Assembly: GCA_021613535.1 (NCBI GenBank)
Contig: CP075493.1
Coordinates: 13,144,001 to 13,208,000, forward strand
Length of the DNA: 64,000 bases
Source: Adineta vaga
Lineage: Eukaryota > Animalia > Rotifera
Reading direction: 5' to 3'
Position numbers and translations under genes: made by a program. The notes below the pieces were generated by a model that was given only the letters and a program-made list of their open reading frames with translations, was not told the origin of the DNA and made no database searches. Shown in pieces: positions 21,018 through 35,400 of the stretch (the first letter of the stretch is position 1; every line of letters starts with the position of its first letter).

Positions 21018-22791
21018 ATGTCTACGGTATCTCTCAACGGTCTTCCTATTGAAATTCTCCATCGGATTTTTGATGAGCTCGATGTACAGACCATTCTTGG
21101 ATCACTTCATCACGTCTGTACTCAACTTCGTGCAATCACGAATACGTATGATCAATACAAGTTAAATTTTAGTTCGATTTCAAAAACCCATTTTGATTCG
21201 ATTTGCCGATATATTCGTCCAGAAAATGTAACTCTTCTAACACTGCACGATGGAAATAAAACGCCTGGTCAAATCGAATTGTTTGTATCGCTTTTTCGCA
21301 TCGACGACTTCACTCGACTTCGTTCATTGTCTATTTGTTACATGGATAATCATACTCTCAATACAATTTTAATGCAAGCAATGAACTGCCCTCTCGAAAA
21401 TCTTTTGATCAAGACACGCGATCATAACATCACCGATAAAACACTCGAGCTTCTCGGAACAATCATTTCGAAGTCGAGTCTTCGAAAACTAGATATCAGC
21501 ATGCTGTATGTTTTCATTGAAAACATTCCTTGGCCAAGTCAATGTTCAATTCAACATCTGACTATTGGTAGTTGTACACTTGACAAGTATAAAGCTATTT
21601 TGCGTCATTCACCGCATTTGAGCACGTTTATCTTGAAAGATTATTCAATGAAAAACATTGATCCCGCTGTATTTACACCCAATGCATCAGCATCTTGCGA
21701 ACAATTGACTTCGTTGACATTGAAAAAAACGCAACGATCGATGAGTGAACTTGAATTACTTCTTTCATGTACACCATCACTTACTCATCTTAAATTGATA
21801 AGCGATTTACCTGCATCAAATACGTTGTTTGATGGAGCTCGGTGGGAATTTTTTATTGAGCAACGATTACCGCAACTCGAAAAGTTCGAATTCTTCCTTT
21901 CAAACACACAAGTGAGAGATCCAGCGTCGATTAATATCGACTTGTTAATTGCTCGATTCGAAACACCTTTCTGGCTCCACCGTAAGCGCTGGTTTATTAT
22001 GTGCAATTATATTCCAGATGCAACTCGTCTCAATCTTTATACGTTACCAATATGTGAAACGCTTTTTCTTTATAATTTCTATTCGAAAGCTATTTCACGC
22101 ACAACATCAAGTTCGGCAGCTAATGATGAAGGTCTTATGAATAATGTGCGTACAATACGAATGAACTTAACACAAGCAGCAATTGATCTCAGTGAAAAGA
22201 AGGTAAACGGAGCGCCTTTCTGTCGTGTTGTTTTTACTTCGATCGAGAAATAAGAGTAATGTGATTTTTACGTTTTAGAATGAATGTTTAACAGCTCCTC
22301 GCCAGTTTCGTCGCGTAAACGAACTGAGAGTGATTGTTGATGGTGAATGGCCAATTGGATCGCATCAATTTCTCTCACAATTGATCGATCTATCATATAT
22401 TACCAAAATCATGTTGGGCATTGATTTTCATCGACTTGCTAATCAATGTACAGCTACTGATATTCGCACGCTGCTTGAACAAACCTGTAATCTTTGTTCA
22501 CTCGAATTTTTGCGCGCGAACGTCACCAATCAATATAACACAGCTATAGAGAATGTCCTTTTAATGATACCATCTCGTGTCAAACATTTGCGAGTGTCAG
22601 CGAAGACTCTCGATGATATGACTATGATTTTGGAACAGCTCAAGCATTTATCAAGTGTATCATTTCAACTCAATGCACTTGATTCGACACTATGTCAACA
22701 GTTGTTCAAATGGCTCGCACAGTCAGGAAGAGATTTTACTCAACGGCAGTACAAGTGCTGCATACAATTATGGCTCGGCAAAATTACATAA
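21018..22791 (+). CDS. F-box-like + LRR-like protein, 2 exons (21018-22202, 22279-22791)
   Basis: MSTVSLNGLPIEILHRIFDELD F-box-like start. Phase-0 intron 22203-22278 joins the two ORFs in frame. ARWEFFIEQRLPQLEKFEF block. Confidence 0.8.
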
Positions 22792-22984
22792 ACATTATTA
22801 TCTATTACTCTTGAATTCTTGTGTGAGGATGAATTCTAGCTACTAGGAAATCATTAAACGGTTTTTATTTTTGTGATTAAATATATGCGAAAACCTCGAA
22901 TTATATGTACTTCATAAAATAGAAATAACTTAATGAAGCAGATAGCTTAAAAGAAACACTTCAGTACACACAGATTTAACTCAG

Positions 22985-23047
22985 TTGAGGGTGGATGTGG
23001 GTGTTAGCGAGGAATAGATTATATACAGGCAGCCACACCCACCCTAA
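22985..23047. repeat. Second clear copy of the telomere-like inverted hairpin element
   Basis: TTGAGGGTGGATGTGGGTG...TATATAC...CCACACCCACCCTAA. Arms are near-complementary and share the TTGAGGGTGG start and TATATA spacer with 1085-1172. Confidence 0.65.
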
Positions 23048-23356
23048 CGAGAGAAGATTCCCAGGTGTTGCGCTCCATCTTCAATCGCACATAGACCATT
23101 TTGTAGAGTGAGTGATTGTGAATAATTTCGTCAGTCCATTTGGCTGAGTATTTTAAAACCCGTTTACAACAGTCCCTCATCACACCTGTGCAGCAATAAT
23201 ATCTTTATCATTTTTTCAATAGTTGAAAACACGAGCGTTGTGTATGATGAAATATAACACGTTCTCTTTCGTACTTTATGCACGCGTACTATTCACGTAT
23301 ACACAGCATGCTTCTCTGTATAAGAAGGTGAGAAGAACAGCGAATTCTCATACACT

Positions 23357-25027
23357 ATGTTATTTCAAACTTGTTCTACATCCACAAATGGTTGGGTGTT
23401 TGTTGTTTTATTCATGTTAATTTCTCCAGCAGTGTGCTTAAATGTTTTGATCGTAGTTGATGGTGCTGCCGGCCATCTAACACCAGTGTTTGAATTAGCT
23501 AAGGCAATGAAAAATCATAATATTACTTTTCTCACTCAACAACTGGCTCGATCTTTTATTGATATGGAATCGTTTTCATCTCCTCTATTTCGTTTTGTAT
23601 ATACTGATGATTCACCCGAAGCTTTTCTTAAAGAAAAATATCTTCAAGACCAAATAAATATGGGCATGACTAACCGTTCGATACTTGATGTATTTCCCGA
23701 AGCAGTACCACTAGTCATTAAAACTTTGATACCATTATTGAACAAAACAATCCATATTTTGATGCACGAACGTTTTGATGTAATTGTAGCTGGTCAGATG
23801 GTTTTTGGGATACCATTGTTGTGCCATAAGATTTCAACACCTTGTGTTATTCAAAATGCAGCACAATTTCCTGATCTATTCGATTTTAATGTTCCAAATG
23901 AGTTTATCTTACTTACATCAAACGAAATCACTCAATTTACATATCGTGTTTACAATGTAGTGTTTGCTTTGAATGTCGCAATCAGATTAATACCAAGATT
24001 AGTACCCAAACTTTACACACTTTTTCAATCGTTACCACAAGTGCCAGGTCCATTTTACGATACTTTCACATTGAAAAATTTTCTATTTTCAAAATCTAAA
24101 TACCTTAATTTAATTAGTATACCACCTTCATTTCCGACAGCATCACATCCGCATCATTATCGAAAGTATTTGGGTCCATTTATAGATGAAACACCTATTG
24201 ATGCCGATAATAGTACTCTAATTATGTGGATCAAATCAAAACCAATCAATTCGATTGTATATGGAGCTTTTGGTAGTACTTCTCTTATTAATTATGATCG
24301 AATGTACAATTTAATCAATGGTCTAGCAATGTTTTTGCTGCAAACAGAGAGTAGTTACCTAGTATTAGCATTGCGCAATACCAACTATGATACATACAAC
24401 GTAGTCTTGAAAGACTTACCTAATAATGAATATCGTCAAGTTTTAGAAAATCAAGAACGAGTGAGAATCGAACAAGGATTCGTTAAACAAAAATCGATTT
24501 TACAACAAACATCTGTGAAACTATTTTTGAGTCATTGTGGAATGGGTTCTGCTATGGAAGGTTTGTATTTTCGTAAATCCATAATATGTATGCCATTCAA
24601 TATGGATCAATTTCATAATGCAATTACGATCGAGCATTTAAATATTGGACAATCATTGTTTACCCGACCTCCATTATTACAAACATTGCTTAGTCTTGGC
24701 GATTTTACAAAGTATACATTTACGGCTGAAAGTGTAACAAACAAATTAATGATTCTATGGATGAATACGACGTACGAAAAAGCAACTGAACGTATGTCAC
24801 TAGAAATAAAACATGCAGGTGGTTTGAAGCGAGCTGTAGAAGAGATCGAATTTTTTGTTAATCTCGATGGAAATCTCGATCATTTCGAACCCTTTCAAAA
24901 TACTCTACAATTATATCAACGATATCTTCTAGATATACTAATTGTATTCATCATTTTACCTCTGATGATCATAACTAGTCTCATTTTGAAATGTAGAAGA
25001 AGACAAACAAAAACTAAAAAAGACTGA
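23357..25027 (+). CDS. UDP-glycosyltransferase (GT1 / UDP-glucuronosyltransferase type), ER membrane-anchored, intronless
   Basis: Signal peptide; GAAGHLTP catalytic His; signature FLSHCGMGSAMEGLYFRKSIICMPFNMDQFHNA; C-terminal TM and dilysine-type tail KTKKD. Confidence 0.92.
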   Translation: MLFQTCSTSTNGWVFVVLFMLISPAVCLNVLIVVDGAAGHLTPVFELAKAMKNHNITFLTQQLARSFIDMESFSSPLFRFVYTDDSPEAFLKEKYLQDQINMGMTNRSILDVFPEAVPLVIKTLIPLLNKTIHILMHERFDVIVAGQMVFGIPLLCHKISTPCVIQNAAQFPDLFDFNVPNEFILLTSNEITQFTYRVYNVVFALNVAIRLIPRLVPKLYTLFQSLPQVPGPFYDTFTLKNFLFSKSKYLNLISIPPSFPTASHPHHYRKYLGPFIDETPIDADNSTLIMWIKSKPINSIVYGAFGSTSLINYDRMYNLINGLAMFLLQTESSYLVLALRNTNYDTYNVVLKDLPNNEYRQVLENQERVRIEQGFVKQKSILQQTSVKLFLSHCGMGSAMEGLYFRKSIICMPFNMDQFHNAITIEHLNIGQSLFTRPPLLQTLLSLGDFTKYTFTAESVTNKLMILWMNTTYEKATERMSLEIKHAGGLKRAVEEIEFFVNLDGNLDHFEPFQNTLQLYQRYLLDILIVFIILPLMIITSLILKCRRRQTKTKKD

Positions 25028-26186
25028 TAGATACTCTATATTTTCGATTTTGTTCGATTTTGATAATTAGTTTATTGAATGAAATCTACCCAAGATAAGC
25101 AAATAGGTTCTTTTTTCAGGAAAATAAAATAATTACTTCACAGACACAAAAAAAAGAAATCTAGATTTAAAGCGGTTATAAACGTATGCGAATTATAATA
25201 TTAGTTTCCCATCAATATGAATCTTTTCTATCATACTGATCCTTGTAAAAATCGTTTGAAGAAAAACCGTTCGATAAAAACATTGATAAACAAACAAAAA
25301 CATATTGATGACACTAGAAGTTCAGTTCTATTTAATTTCTATTCAAAATTATTGAGACAAAGTACTTGAAAATGAGAGAAGATTTATTATAATAGAGAAG
25401 GATAATTGTGCGAGGAGGAAGTATCGGCACATTTCGATTACATCTCAGAAGAACAGTAACGGTTTTGTTAGAGAACTTGGTCACTGCCAAATTTCGCTTA
25501 CCATTATTTCTAAAATCACCTACTACTCAATCTAATTTTGGATAACTATTAAAATTTATGTCTCACCGACAAGCTGCCTTATTGCGTTAGACTGAGTAAT
25601 TTAGTTCCACATCTTTTTGATGGCTTTCGTTAAATCTAAGAGTTTCCATAGATTATTTATCTGAATATATCATTCTTGTAGAGTATCCTATAGTCACAAT
25701 GAGAAAAGTGTGAAAAAGGCGATAGAAAATCTGCTTTTCAACATCGTCTATCCTTGAATAATTGAATCTCTGTGAATGGACTCTATAGAACCTCAAAAAT
25801 CGGAACGAGTTCAATCGTTAAAAACTATCTATATATATAACTATGTGTGAATTGAGCAAAAGATTGAACTTTATTTTCCTTCAAAAGTAGACACTTGATA
25901 GTCTGATTTTGTATTGATCCTTGTATCTTGAAGAAAATAGTTTTGTTTATATGGATTTTTGCCTCGTGTTTTATCAATCGTAATAACTCGTCATTCACCT
26001 GTTTATTCTTTCCACGTTTTATAATAATACATACTCATTGATGCAAAAAAAAGAAATACCGAAGGGAAAAAACCTACAAAAAAGAATGTGAATACACTAT
26101 ATAAAAGAAACTATACATCTTCTACTCATTGATAATCATTTTCTTACCAATAATCTGATTTAACCGCATCTTAGATGCATTAATCA

Positions 26187-28118
26187 ATGAATCATACAGA
26201 ATTAGTGACAGCCAGTAACTCTGTTGGTGCGCAAAAACCAATATCAACACGTTTAAATATTAATCACATGCAACGACGTATAACTGATCATTGTCTCCTT
26301 ATATGGGTAGATGCTGATATCGATGAATCTCACGAAGATTGTCAATCTACATTAGCACAATTGCGTGCTGTCGTTAATAGCGTCGAGATATCCACTCGAC
26401 CAGAAAGATGTATCGAGTTTATCAATGAAATCGATGACATCAAGGCTTTCGTCATTGTTTCAAAGTCTTTAGTTCAAGATTTATTGGTAGATGTTCATAG
26501 CATATCGCAACTAGAAGCCGTTTACATTCTTGCCGATGATAAATCATGTCATGAAGAGCCAAATAAAGAATGGAATAAAATTCAAGGAGTATACACGTCA
26601 ATTACATCCATTTGTGATGTATTGCAACCCATTGTTAAACAATATGATCATAATTCTATTGCTATGAGTTATGTGCCGATGAGTGAAATAGAATCTTATG
26701 ATAATTTGAAGCAATTAGAGCCTAACTTCATGTACACACAGATTTTCAAAGAAATCCTACTTGACATGGAATACGGCGAACAATCGATTAAGGAATTAGC
26801 TACTTACTGGCGCAAACTGTACGCTAATAGTACTGTAAAAATGGACATAATCAATCGATTTGAACGTGAATATTCTTCAAATATGGCGATTTCTTGGTAT
26901 ACCGGTGGTTCTTTTATCTACCGGCTATTCAACCAAGCACTTCGAAATCTTGAAGTTGAGACAATTATTAACATGAGTTTCTTTCTTCGTGATATTCATC
27001 ATCAAATACAACAATTACATCAACAACAAATCACAGATTACAAAGGAGTGCCATTCACTGTTTACCGAGGACAAGGTCTTTCTAAAATTGATTTTGAAAA
27101 ACTGTTGAAAACCAGAGACGGACTAATATCTTTTAATAGTTTACTATCTACTACTAAATCTTCAAGCATTGCCCTCCCTTTTGCCAATGGTGCAGTGATA
27201 GATACATCTACTGTTGCTGTACTTTTCATAATGCTCATCGATCCAGCAATCATATCAACTCCATTTGCTTTCATCCAAGACGTTAGTTCTTTTCAAGAGG
27301 AAGAGATTCTTTTTTTCATGCACACGGTATTTCATGTAGGCGAAATAAAACCACCAAATGATAAAATTCCCGCTTATCAAGTAAATCTTCAATTGACTGC
27401 AGATGATGATGAACAACTTCGAATACTTACCCAACATATACGAACAGAAATTAAGGCTCCAACCGGATGGAGACGACTATCCATGTTGTTGTTGAAATTA
27501 GAGCAGTATGACAAAGCTGAAGAACTTTACAATGTCTTGCTCGAGTAGACATCTACCCCGCGAGATACGGCATTTTATTATAATCCACTTGGAAGCATTA
27601 AAGATAACCAAGGTGATTATCAGAAAGCTATCTGTTACTATGAAAAATCATTTGCAGTGGAGGAAAAAATTCTTCCTAAAAATGATCATCATATAGCTAC
27701 TCTCCACAACAATCTTGGTGCGATATATCAAAACCTAGGAGAGTACTCAAAAGCACTTTCGTTATATAAAAAAGCATTTGACATCCTACAGGGATTATTA
27801 CCTTCAAATCATCATCATCTTGCTTATTGTTACAACAATATCGGTGATGTACATCGACAAATGAAAGAATACTCGAAAGCACGTTTGTTCTATGAAAAAA
27901 ATCTTGAAATTCTGCAACAAGTTCTTCCTATAAATCATCCTTTATTGGCCTCTTCATGCAACAATATTGCTTGGGTATGTCAAATGATGGAAGACTATTC
28001 AACAGCACTTTCTTATCTTAAACGTGCTCACAATATTTATCAACGTTCGTTACCTCCTAATGACTCGAGGATTGCAGATATACAATATGGCATTGAGATA
28101 GTAGAAAATAAAATTTGA
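26187..28118 (+). pseudogene. Receiver-like N-terminus + ADP-ribosyltransferase + TPR repeats, interrupted by one in-frame TAG (27546-27548)
   Basis: VYRGQG, FNSLLSTT and EEEILF motifs. ORFs 26187 and 27657 share a frame, and the intervening sequence reads TSTPRDTAFYYNPLGSIKDNQGDYQKAICYYEKS (a TPR repeat). Confidence 0.8.
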
Positions 28119-28351
28119 TGAATAAAAAGAAATATCTCGAAAGATTTACTTTCAGTAACGTTCTTGCTTAGTTAGCTTAACAAAGTGATACACAGCTGAT
28201 ATTAACAGTACAATTTCAATCATCAGGTTTATTAAACTTTTAAATTTTGAACTCGGGTTCTGGATGAAACTATTCTGTTCATCTAGTTTGTCCACATCCT
28301 TAAAAAAGCATATAGAGAAAAATATTGTCATTAGCAACATGATTTCATGTA

Positions 28352-28894
28352 TTATGTGATGTACTTCAGACACTGTTTAGTATAAATATACCACTCCTGA
28401 TTTGTACCAAAAGTTGCTCCAGTTCCATACAAGAGAACAGTTGTTATTCCATTTCTATCGAAAGTAGTATGCCATTGTTTATTTGTTGTGATAAGATAGC
28501 CAACACAATCACTGATCTGATTGCAGTAAACAATTGCATCAGCTAAACTCATTGCACACTGACCTCTAATGAGATTATTCGAATTTGAATCACAATTGAT
28601 CAGAGAACCACCTGTCAATCCACCTACTGTTGGGCCATTATAGTGAATTACGTCGCAGTTTTTCCTAATAATGTAAACTTTTCGTGTTGATATTTTTTCT
28701 ATAAATTCAGATGACATAAAAGAAAACGGGAATGAAACTCGCTTTACTTCACGTACAACTGAATTACAAAAGTAGATAAATACTTACGATGATATCGGTC
28801 CACCAAACATTGATTTTTTCAAAGATAATTCGTCGGATAGACAAATCATTGGCAATAAAAGAAGACAATATAATGATAGCATCATGACATACAT
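28352..28894 (-). CDS. Small secreted Cys-rich protein with a PAN/Apple-like motif; at least 2 exons, junction uncertain
   Basis: Signal exon MYVMMLSLYCLLLLPMICLS from ATG 28894; donor GTAAGT at 28787; phase-compatible acceptor at 28665. Mature part contains AIVYCNQISDCVGY...WYIYTKQC. Confidence 0.55.
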
Positions 28895-29489
28895 GTTTCT
28901 GTTTGTACGAAACTATTTTATTCGATTCTCTTTATATAACTTTACAGAACGGAACTGATCTGATGTCCTGGTGATATATTTTGTTTTGATATTTGTATTT
29001 GACTATAGATTGAAAGACTAAATATCATACTTGAAAGAAAATCATGCATATTTATCGTTATAGAAAAAAGGAAGTGACTGTTAGAGCAACTAAACATCGT
29101 AGGAAAGTTAGACTTTTATAATAATTACAATCACGTATATTGTATAGTTATAAATTGTAGTAATGTATCGAAAACTTTCGTATCCTTGTGGAGTAATAAA
29201 AAGTTTGAATCACTATTTTATTGAGTAATAATTTTCATAGCATTATTCTTTGAACTTTGATCATCAGAATATCAGTTTATATTTTTATTGGATGTGAACT
29301 TAAAGGTGATAACAAAAAAATACGCTCACGTCAGTGCCAGCACCCACACCCTCAGTTTATTCTCACTCACTTTTTTGCATAATATCAATCGAGACTATAT
29401 ATTCCATCTTATTTTATTGAAATTAGTTATCGACAATCAGAAATAGTTGTTTTAGAAAATCAGTTTAGCCATATTAATCATGTTCCATT

Positions 29490-32400
29490 TTAACGAATCT
29501 AAAAACATACATATATAGAATGAATAAATTATTGATTTATAAAGCATATATTTACTCGATAGAGTATTTCCATCAGTCGATCAGTTACTATAGGAAAATA
29601 TTCGAACGTATCATAATAATGAAGTTCCATAGATTTATTTTGTTCTTGATAATCTAGTTCATCTGATTTCATCAAACCAATCCAACATAAACATTTATTT
29701 ATCATATAATCAAATGCTTCTTGATCTTCATTTTGAGTTAATTTCGCTCTTTTTTGAACAATTCGAAAACTATCAATAACTATCGATATAAACATATTCA
29801 TACATATAAATACCACAAATACAATGAATAAAATAAAACAAATTGGACCAAGTATCTTATCTGCTTGATATAAATCTTCGACATTAAATTTTAATAAGAT
29901 CATTTCAAAAAGCATAATTGATGTATGTAATAAACTTGAACATGAGAGAATTTTTGTTAAAAATAATTCATAAAATAGAATCATAAAACTAATAAATATC
30001 ATTACGAACATAATCATAAATTGAATTAGATCGCTTTTCGCATTATATAAAGTATCATTAAAGACAGATAAACGTGAACTAAATCGACACAAATGAAGAA
30101 GTTTTATCGTACCAAAAAAACAACAAAAACCAAGAATAAAATGAAATACATCATTTATATATGCAAGAAATTGTAGATTAACATAAGCATAACCATTAGT
30201 ATCACGAAAAAGATTTGTAATTCGTTTGATTTCAAAATATCGCCAGACATAAATACTTATACCTACCCAAGAAAAGATAATTATACTAATATTCATCAAT
30301 GACCAAATTTGACAGAAGTAACGAAATTTTAAATGATGAATCTCTTGAAATTCCTTAATCATATGATAGATTAGAAGTGATATATGTATACCGATAAATA
30401 TCAGGTAAATAACTGATGTTAAATCTAAAAGTTTAAGATAAAAATAGAGTTAATTTAATTGTGCACTCTTACAAACCTTGAATGTGGAGAGGTTCAAAAC
30501 GAGACGATGGAAATATTCCTCCAACTGGTAATAATTCCAAGAGAAAAGTCACGGATGTAAATGTTTGAATATTAGGATTATATAAACTCATTTGAATTAG
30601 AATTGCTCGTGTATATTGATCAATCCATTTTAATTGACGAAGAAGTGAAAGATTTGTACGAAGTTCAGAGAGGCGACCACGAAATTCATAGACATAACCA
30701 CCACTATTATAAGTTTCATGATTACCAATGTATGTATATGTATCCAATTTTTGACTTGATTGATATTTAAATGCATTGATTATTGATGAACTATAATTCT
30801 TTAAGATTAAATCAGTCCATTTTGGTCCAAATGAACGTTGTTCTTCATTAGAATAACTATAACCAACATCACATGTTAAATTCAATGATTGATAAACTGA
30901 TGATGGTATATGACATAAATCTAAATAAAGTGAATTAGCTAATTCTTCAAAATATATAGAATATGTATGATACAAACCAGCTTTAATACGTAATTGTCTC
31001 ATGGTTGCCCATCCAATTAAACGGTTCGATTTATCATCAATAAATCCACTTAAATTTCGTGGTGGTGCTCCATTATACCATTGTTGTGCACGAATATTTT
31101 CTACAAAACTATTCTCTAACCAAAGCCAATATTCATTGATTGTTGTAATCTATTCAATCAAAAGAAATAATTTAAGTGAAAAATCTTCTTCTTGCTTTTC
31201 ATACTTTTGTATAATCATGTGTTGGTGAATTTGGATTCAGAAAGAAATGCTGTAAATGACTGACTTGAAAAAATACGTTGGTATTATAATTATAATATGC
31301 AATGAAATAAATCGTTCCAAGGTAAAAAACATATGAAAATATTTCTTCGATAATCGCTCGTATACGTATTTGTCGAAAACGTTGACGACGAGCTGTAGCT
31401 ACTTCAGTTTTATTTAAACGATCAATTTTAGTATAAGATAAAGACTGATCCTAACAAAACGAAAATATTCTTGAAAAAAAATGAACTAAATAGAAATGTT
31501 TCTACAAACTTCAATTGTATGAATATACTCTTCAGTATCATTTAAACAATGATCATCCATTGATACGGGATGTTTACCTTTTCCTCTTGAGTAAATGATT
31601 GTACAAATCGTCATGATCAATATCTATACCAAAAAATATATCTTTTTTGAGCAAAAAACAAGTGAACTTTCTCTTTCATACTTGCAGAGGTTGAGTAATA
31701 CAAGCTGATGATATAAAACCAGTTAGAATTGATGTTAACCATTTTTGTACTTGTATATCACCTAATTCAATACTTCGACCAATGATAAATAAAATTGATG
31801 TTCCAACAAAAATAAATGATAGAAAATATGCGAAATAAATACACCACCAAGGAAATGTAATTTCTCGATGTTTTCTATTCACTCCTTTAGATCTTATACG
31901 ACGAAAGAATTGTACCAGAAAAGCACTTGGAATGATTGAAAATATTTCCATTATTATACCAATGATAATCTATAGAGAAAAAAACATAAGAAATGAACAA
32001 AAAGATCTAGTTTTTGTCAATTAGTAAACCTGTTGTAATGAAATATAAAATGGTCCAATTGAAATGCTTATATTATGTTTAATATTTTCCGATTGATTTG
32101 TTACTCCATAATATAAAATATTAAAAAGCATTGTTATAAAAAATAGAACAAAACAACATGTACATCGTTGAACACGTGTAAAATTATTGGATATTAATCG
32201 ACTAAATATTGAAAACCATAAATGACGATCGGAAACATTTTCATAGACTTTTTTGGATAAAATATTTGAATAATTTTCTTTTTCAGATTCACTTGCAACA
32301 GTTAGAAGTCGTTCGATCTATTATTCAGAAAAATACAAAATCAATCAAAAATATGACTTTTCTACTAACTGCTCCATCATCATGTTCAACTGCTAACCAT

Positions 32401-35400
32401 CGTTGGCAAATAAAATGATAATGTTCCATTGTTTGTAAATCTCGTACAATAATATATTTAAGAAACCATGATGCCAATGTATCTTTACCACTATTATCAT
32501 GCCATATATGTAAATATTCTAACGAACCTAATGGTCTAAAAGAAAGAATTTAATCAAATTTTATTCGATCGAACAGAATGATTTACTTTGGAACAGTAAT
32601 AACAAATGAATCGATTCCACCACATTGAAATATTTTTCGATGTGAACTACTAAATGTTCGAATATTTGTTCTATCATTTTCACCAATAAGAACGAAATGA
32701 ACCTTTAAAAAAAAACAATATGAAATAGAATTATATAAATCAAATCAAATCAAATTCTACTTTTGATTCTGTATTTGAATGAGCACGAAAACCAGTAAAA
32801 ACAAGAATTTGATAACTATAATCATTCATTTTAGCCTTAGTTGCTAAAATCGATACTCCTAACTAAAAGTAATTTCTAAATAATGAAATGATTTTAAAAT
32901 TCTAATGAATTTACTTGTTTAATATCATATTTATCATGACTACGAGCATAGATAATTAATACGAAGTAAATCGTTAGAACAATTGTTATTGTTATATAAA
33001 TAGTTTTATTTTGAGAAAATTTTGCATGAGCAAAGACATAGTTCCAATTAATTGGTGATGGTAAAATATGTAAAGCACCAGCAAATGTTCCTGAACGTGT
33101 AGAAAAACATTGAGTTTGAACAAGATTTGTTAATGAACCAAGCTTAAATGAAATGGATATTCTAAAATTTGACTAATCTATACGTAAGTTTTTTGTTACT
33201 TACAACTAATCCATCGGATAACCAATTATTATTTGAATCAAGATAGTAACAACCTGATGTATAAAGACGTAATTTATAATTGGATGAAAAATTCCATGAA
33301 TTATTTAAATTAATTGATTCTAATGAATGAGAATTATTTGAACATAAAGTTTCAATTTCATGAGAATCTAATTCTCGTAAACCGAAAATAAGTGATTGAT
33401 GATTTGATACATCTTCATTATCAATAAAATATGTATACAAACTTTCATTAACCAAATCTAAATAATAGAAATTCTTTGAAATAGTCTACCATTTAAACAA
33501 ATATACTTACTCAATGGACAAAATAATGCCCAATTCTCAAAATGATTCATTTGAGGTATATCATCAAAATTATAAATAAATATATAAGCAAGATTAATAT
33601 CCATTGGATACATTTCAAAATGAATGGATATACTTAAATTATTTTCTCGTGTTAAATTAATATAATGTAAATTAAATGATCGATTGAAATTTTTCATTGA
33701 TGTGACATTTTGTAAATTAATTGATGATGACATTCCATTGATATCACGAGGAATGCGATATTCAATGGAATTATTCATATTTGTAGTTAAAAACATTTCA
33801 TTATTATTCATATCAATTAATGATAATGAAACTAATCTCGAAAGATTAGTATATGATTGACGTGGAGAGTTACCTAGTGGCGCAAGTGGTAACATGATTG
33901 ACTAAATTAAAAGGAGAGAGTATACAATTTTGAATGTTGAAATATGTTCTTTTACTCGAAGTAAAACAATATCCGTAGAATTCGGGATAAGATTGAAATT
34001 TTCTGGAAGTTTTATTTGACCATTTCCACTTAATTGAATAAGTTTATTCGGAAGAGATTGAATCAATAATTTTTCCAAGGAAAAAAATATCGATGTTGTA
34101 TTAAGAATAAATTTTTGTTCAATATTTAAATGAACTTGAAATGCAGCTGTTAGTGAAGCAACGATATCAGTCCATTGATTATTGATAACATTTGCCTTTA
34201 GAATTCAACAACAAAATACAAAAGTTCTTTTCAATTACATGAATTTCTTACTGTTTGTTTCTGATAATACGTATTTCTTCCTTGTTGAATTGTATTCCAT
34301 GAAAAATCATTCCCATTAGCAAATAATTCTTTATTGAAAGAATTCTATACGATGATTTTTTTCAATTGAAAAGCATAAAACTTACTTGAATTTGACCAAA
34401 TCGATTCTAGATCAGTATCATAATCATCAGGAAATATATTTGCTCGATTAAAATCAAGATCTAAAATGATTCCTCTGTCTTGTAAAGGTTCATTGATTGC
34501 CTTGAGAAAAGAAAGAAAGAAATCTTTGATATTCATATCAAATAAAATAATCTTACAGTATAAACATTAGCAGCACATTGTACAATTGATTGTGCAGCTG
34601 TTTGAAGATCTTCAGAGGAAATTTGATCTGCCATTGATTGCAATTCAGTAGATAGTTGATAGCATTTCGTTGATGCTAATATCTATTAGAGCAGGAAGGA
34701 AAGCGCACAGTCTAAAGAAAATTTTAGACGGAAAAAATCATACTGAAGTTGTTCGTGTTAATTCATTCGGTGTATTTGTTAATTGTGATAGAGTTGATGA
34801 TTGTAAGAGAATACTTTGCAAGTTTGTTATTGAAAGATTAGTTATATATGTGATGAGATAATCACGTATAGTGGAATCTTGATTGATATAATTAGTATAG
34901 ATTTCCAATGCTGATGATGTATTCAATGTAATTGAAGACTTAATTCATATTGATTTATAGTTTAATAAATGAATTGAAGAAAATAAAACTTACGATAGAT
35001 TGATAAATCGTATTTAAAGATGATATGGATATAGTTGCGAGAGGTATTCCATCTGTAGATAAAGAATATTAGAAAAAAATAAGAAAAATTCATTTCATTA
35101 CTTCTCATTGCAATTTCTGTTTGTTTTTCATTCATTTCATTGAAAAATTCTGATATTAGAGTAATAATTTGTGCTAAAATATTTGGATCTCTATTAGCAA
35201 ACAGTTCTAACATTAAACTTGAATATTCTATATGATTCATCCATGTATTTATCTCAATCCAATCAAGATAAACTATCACAGGTTCTAATTCTACTTGTGT
35301 TACAGCATTCAATCCATCTTGTATAGTAACAATAATATTTACTATTGAGATATTCGAAACACTCGAAGGTAATCGAACTTGAAAATTTGGTATGGCAGTC

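Noticed and set aside
3860-27548. Alternative genetic code or selenocysteine to explain in-frame stops
   Set aside because: TGA, TAG and TAA all end ordinary genes in this window; the lesions involve different codons at non-catalytic positions and co-occur with frameshifts.
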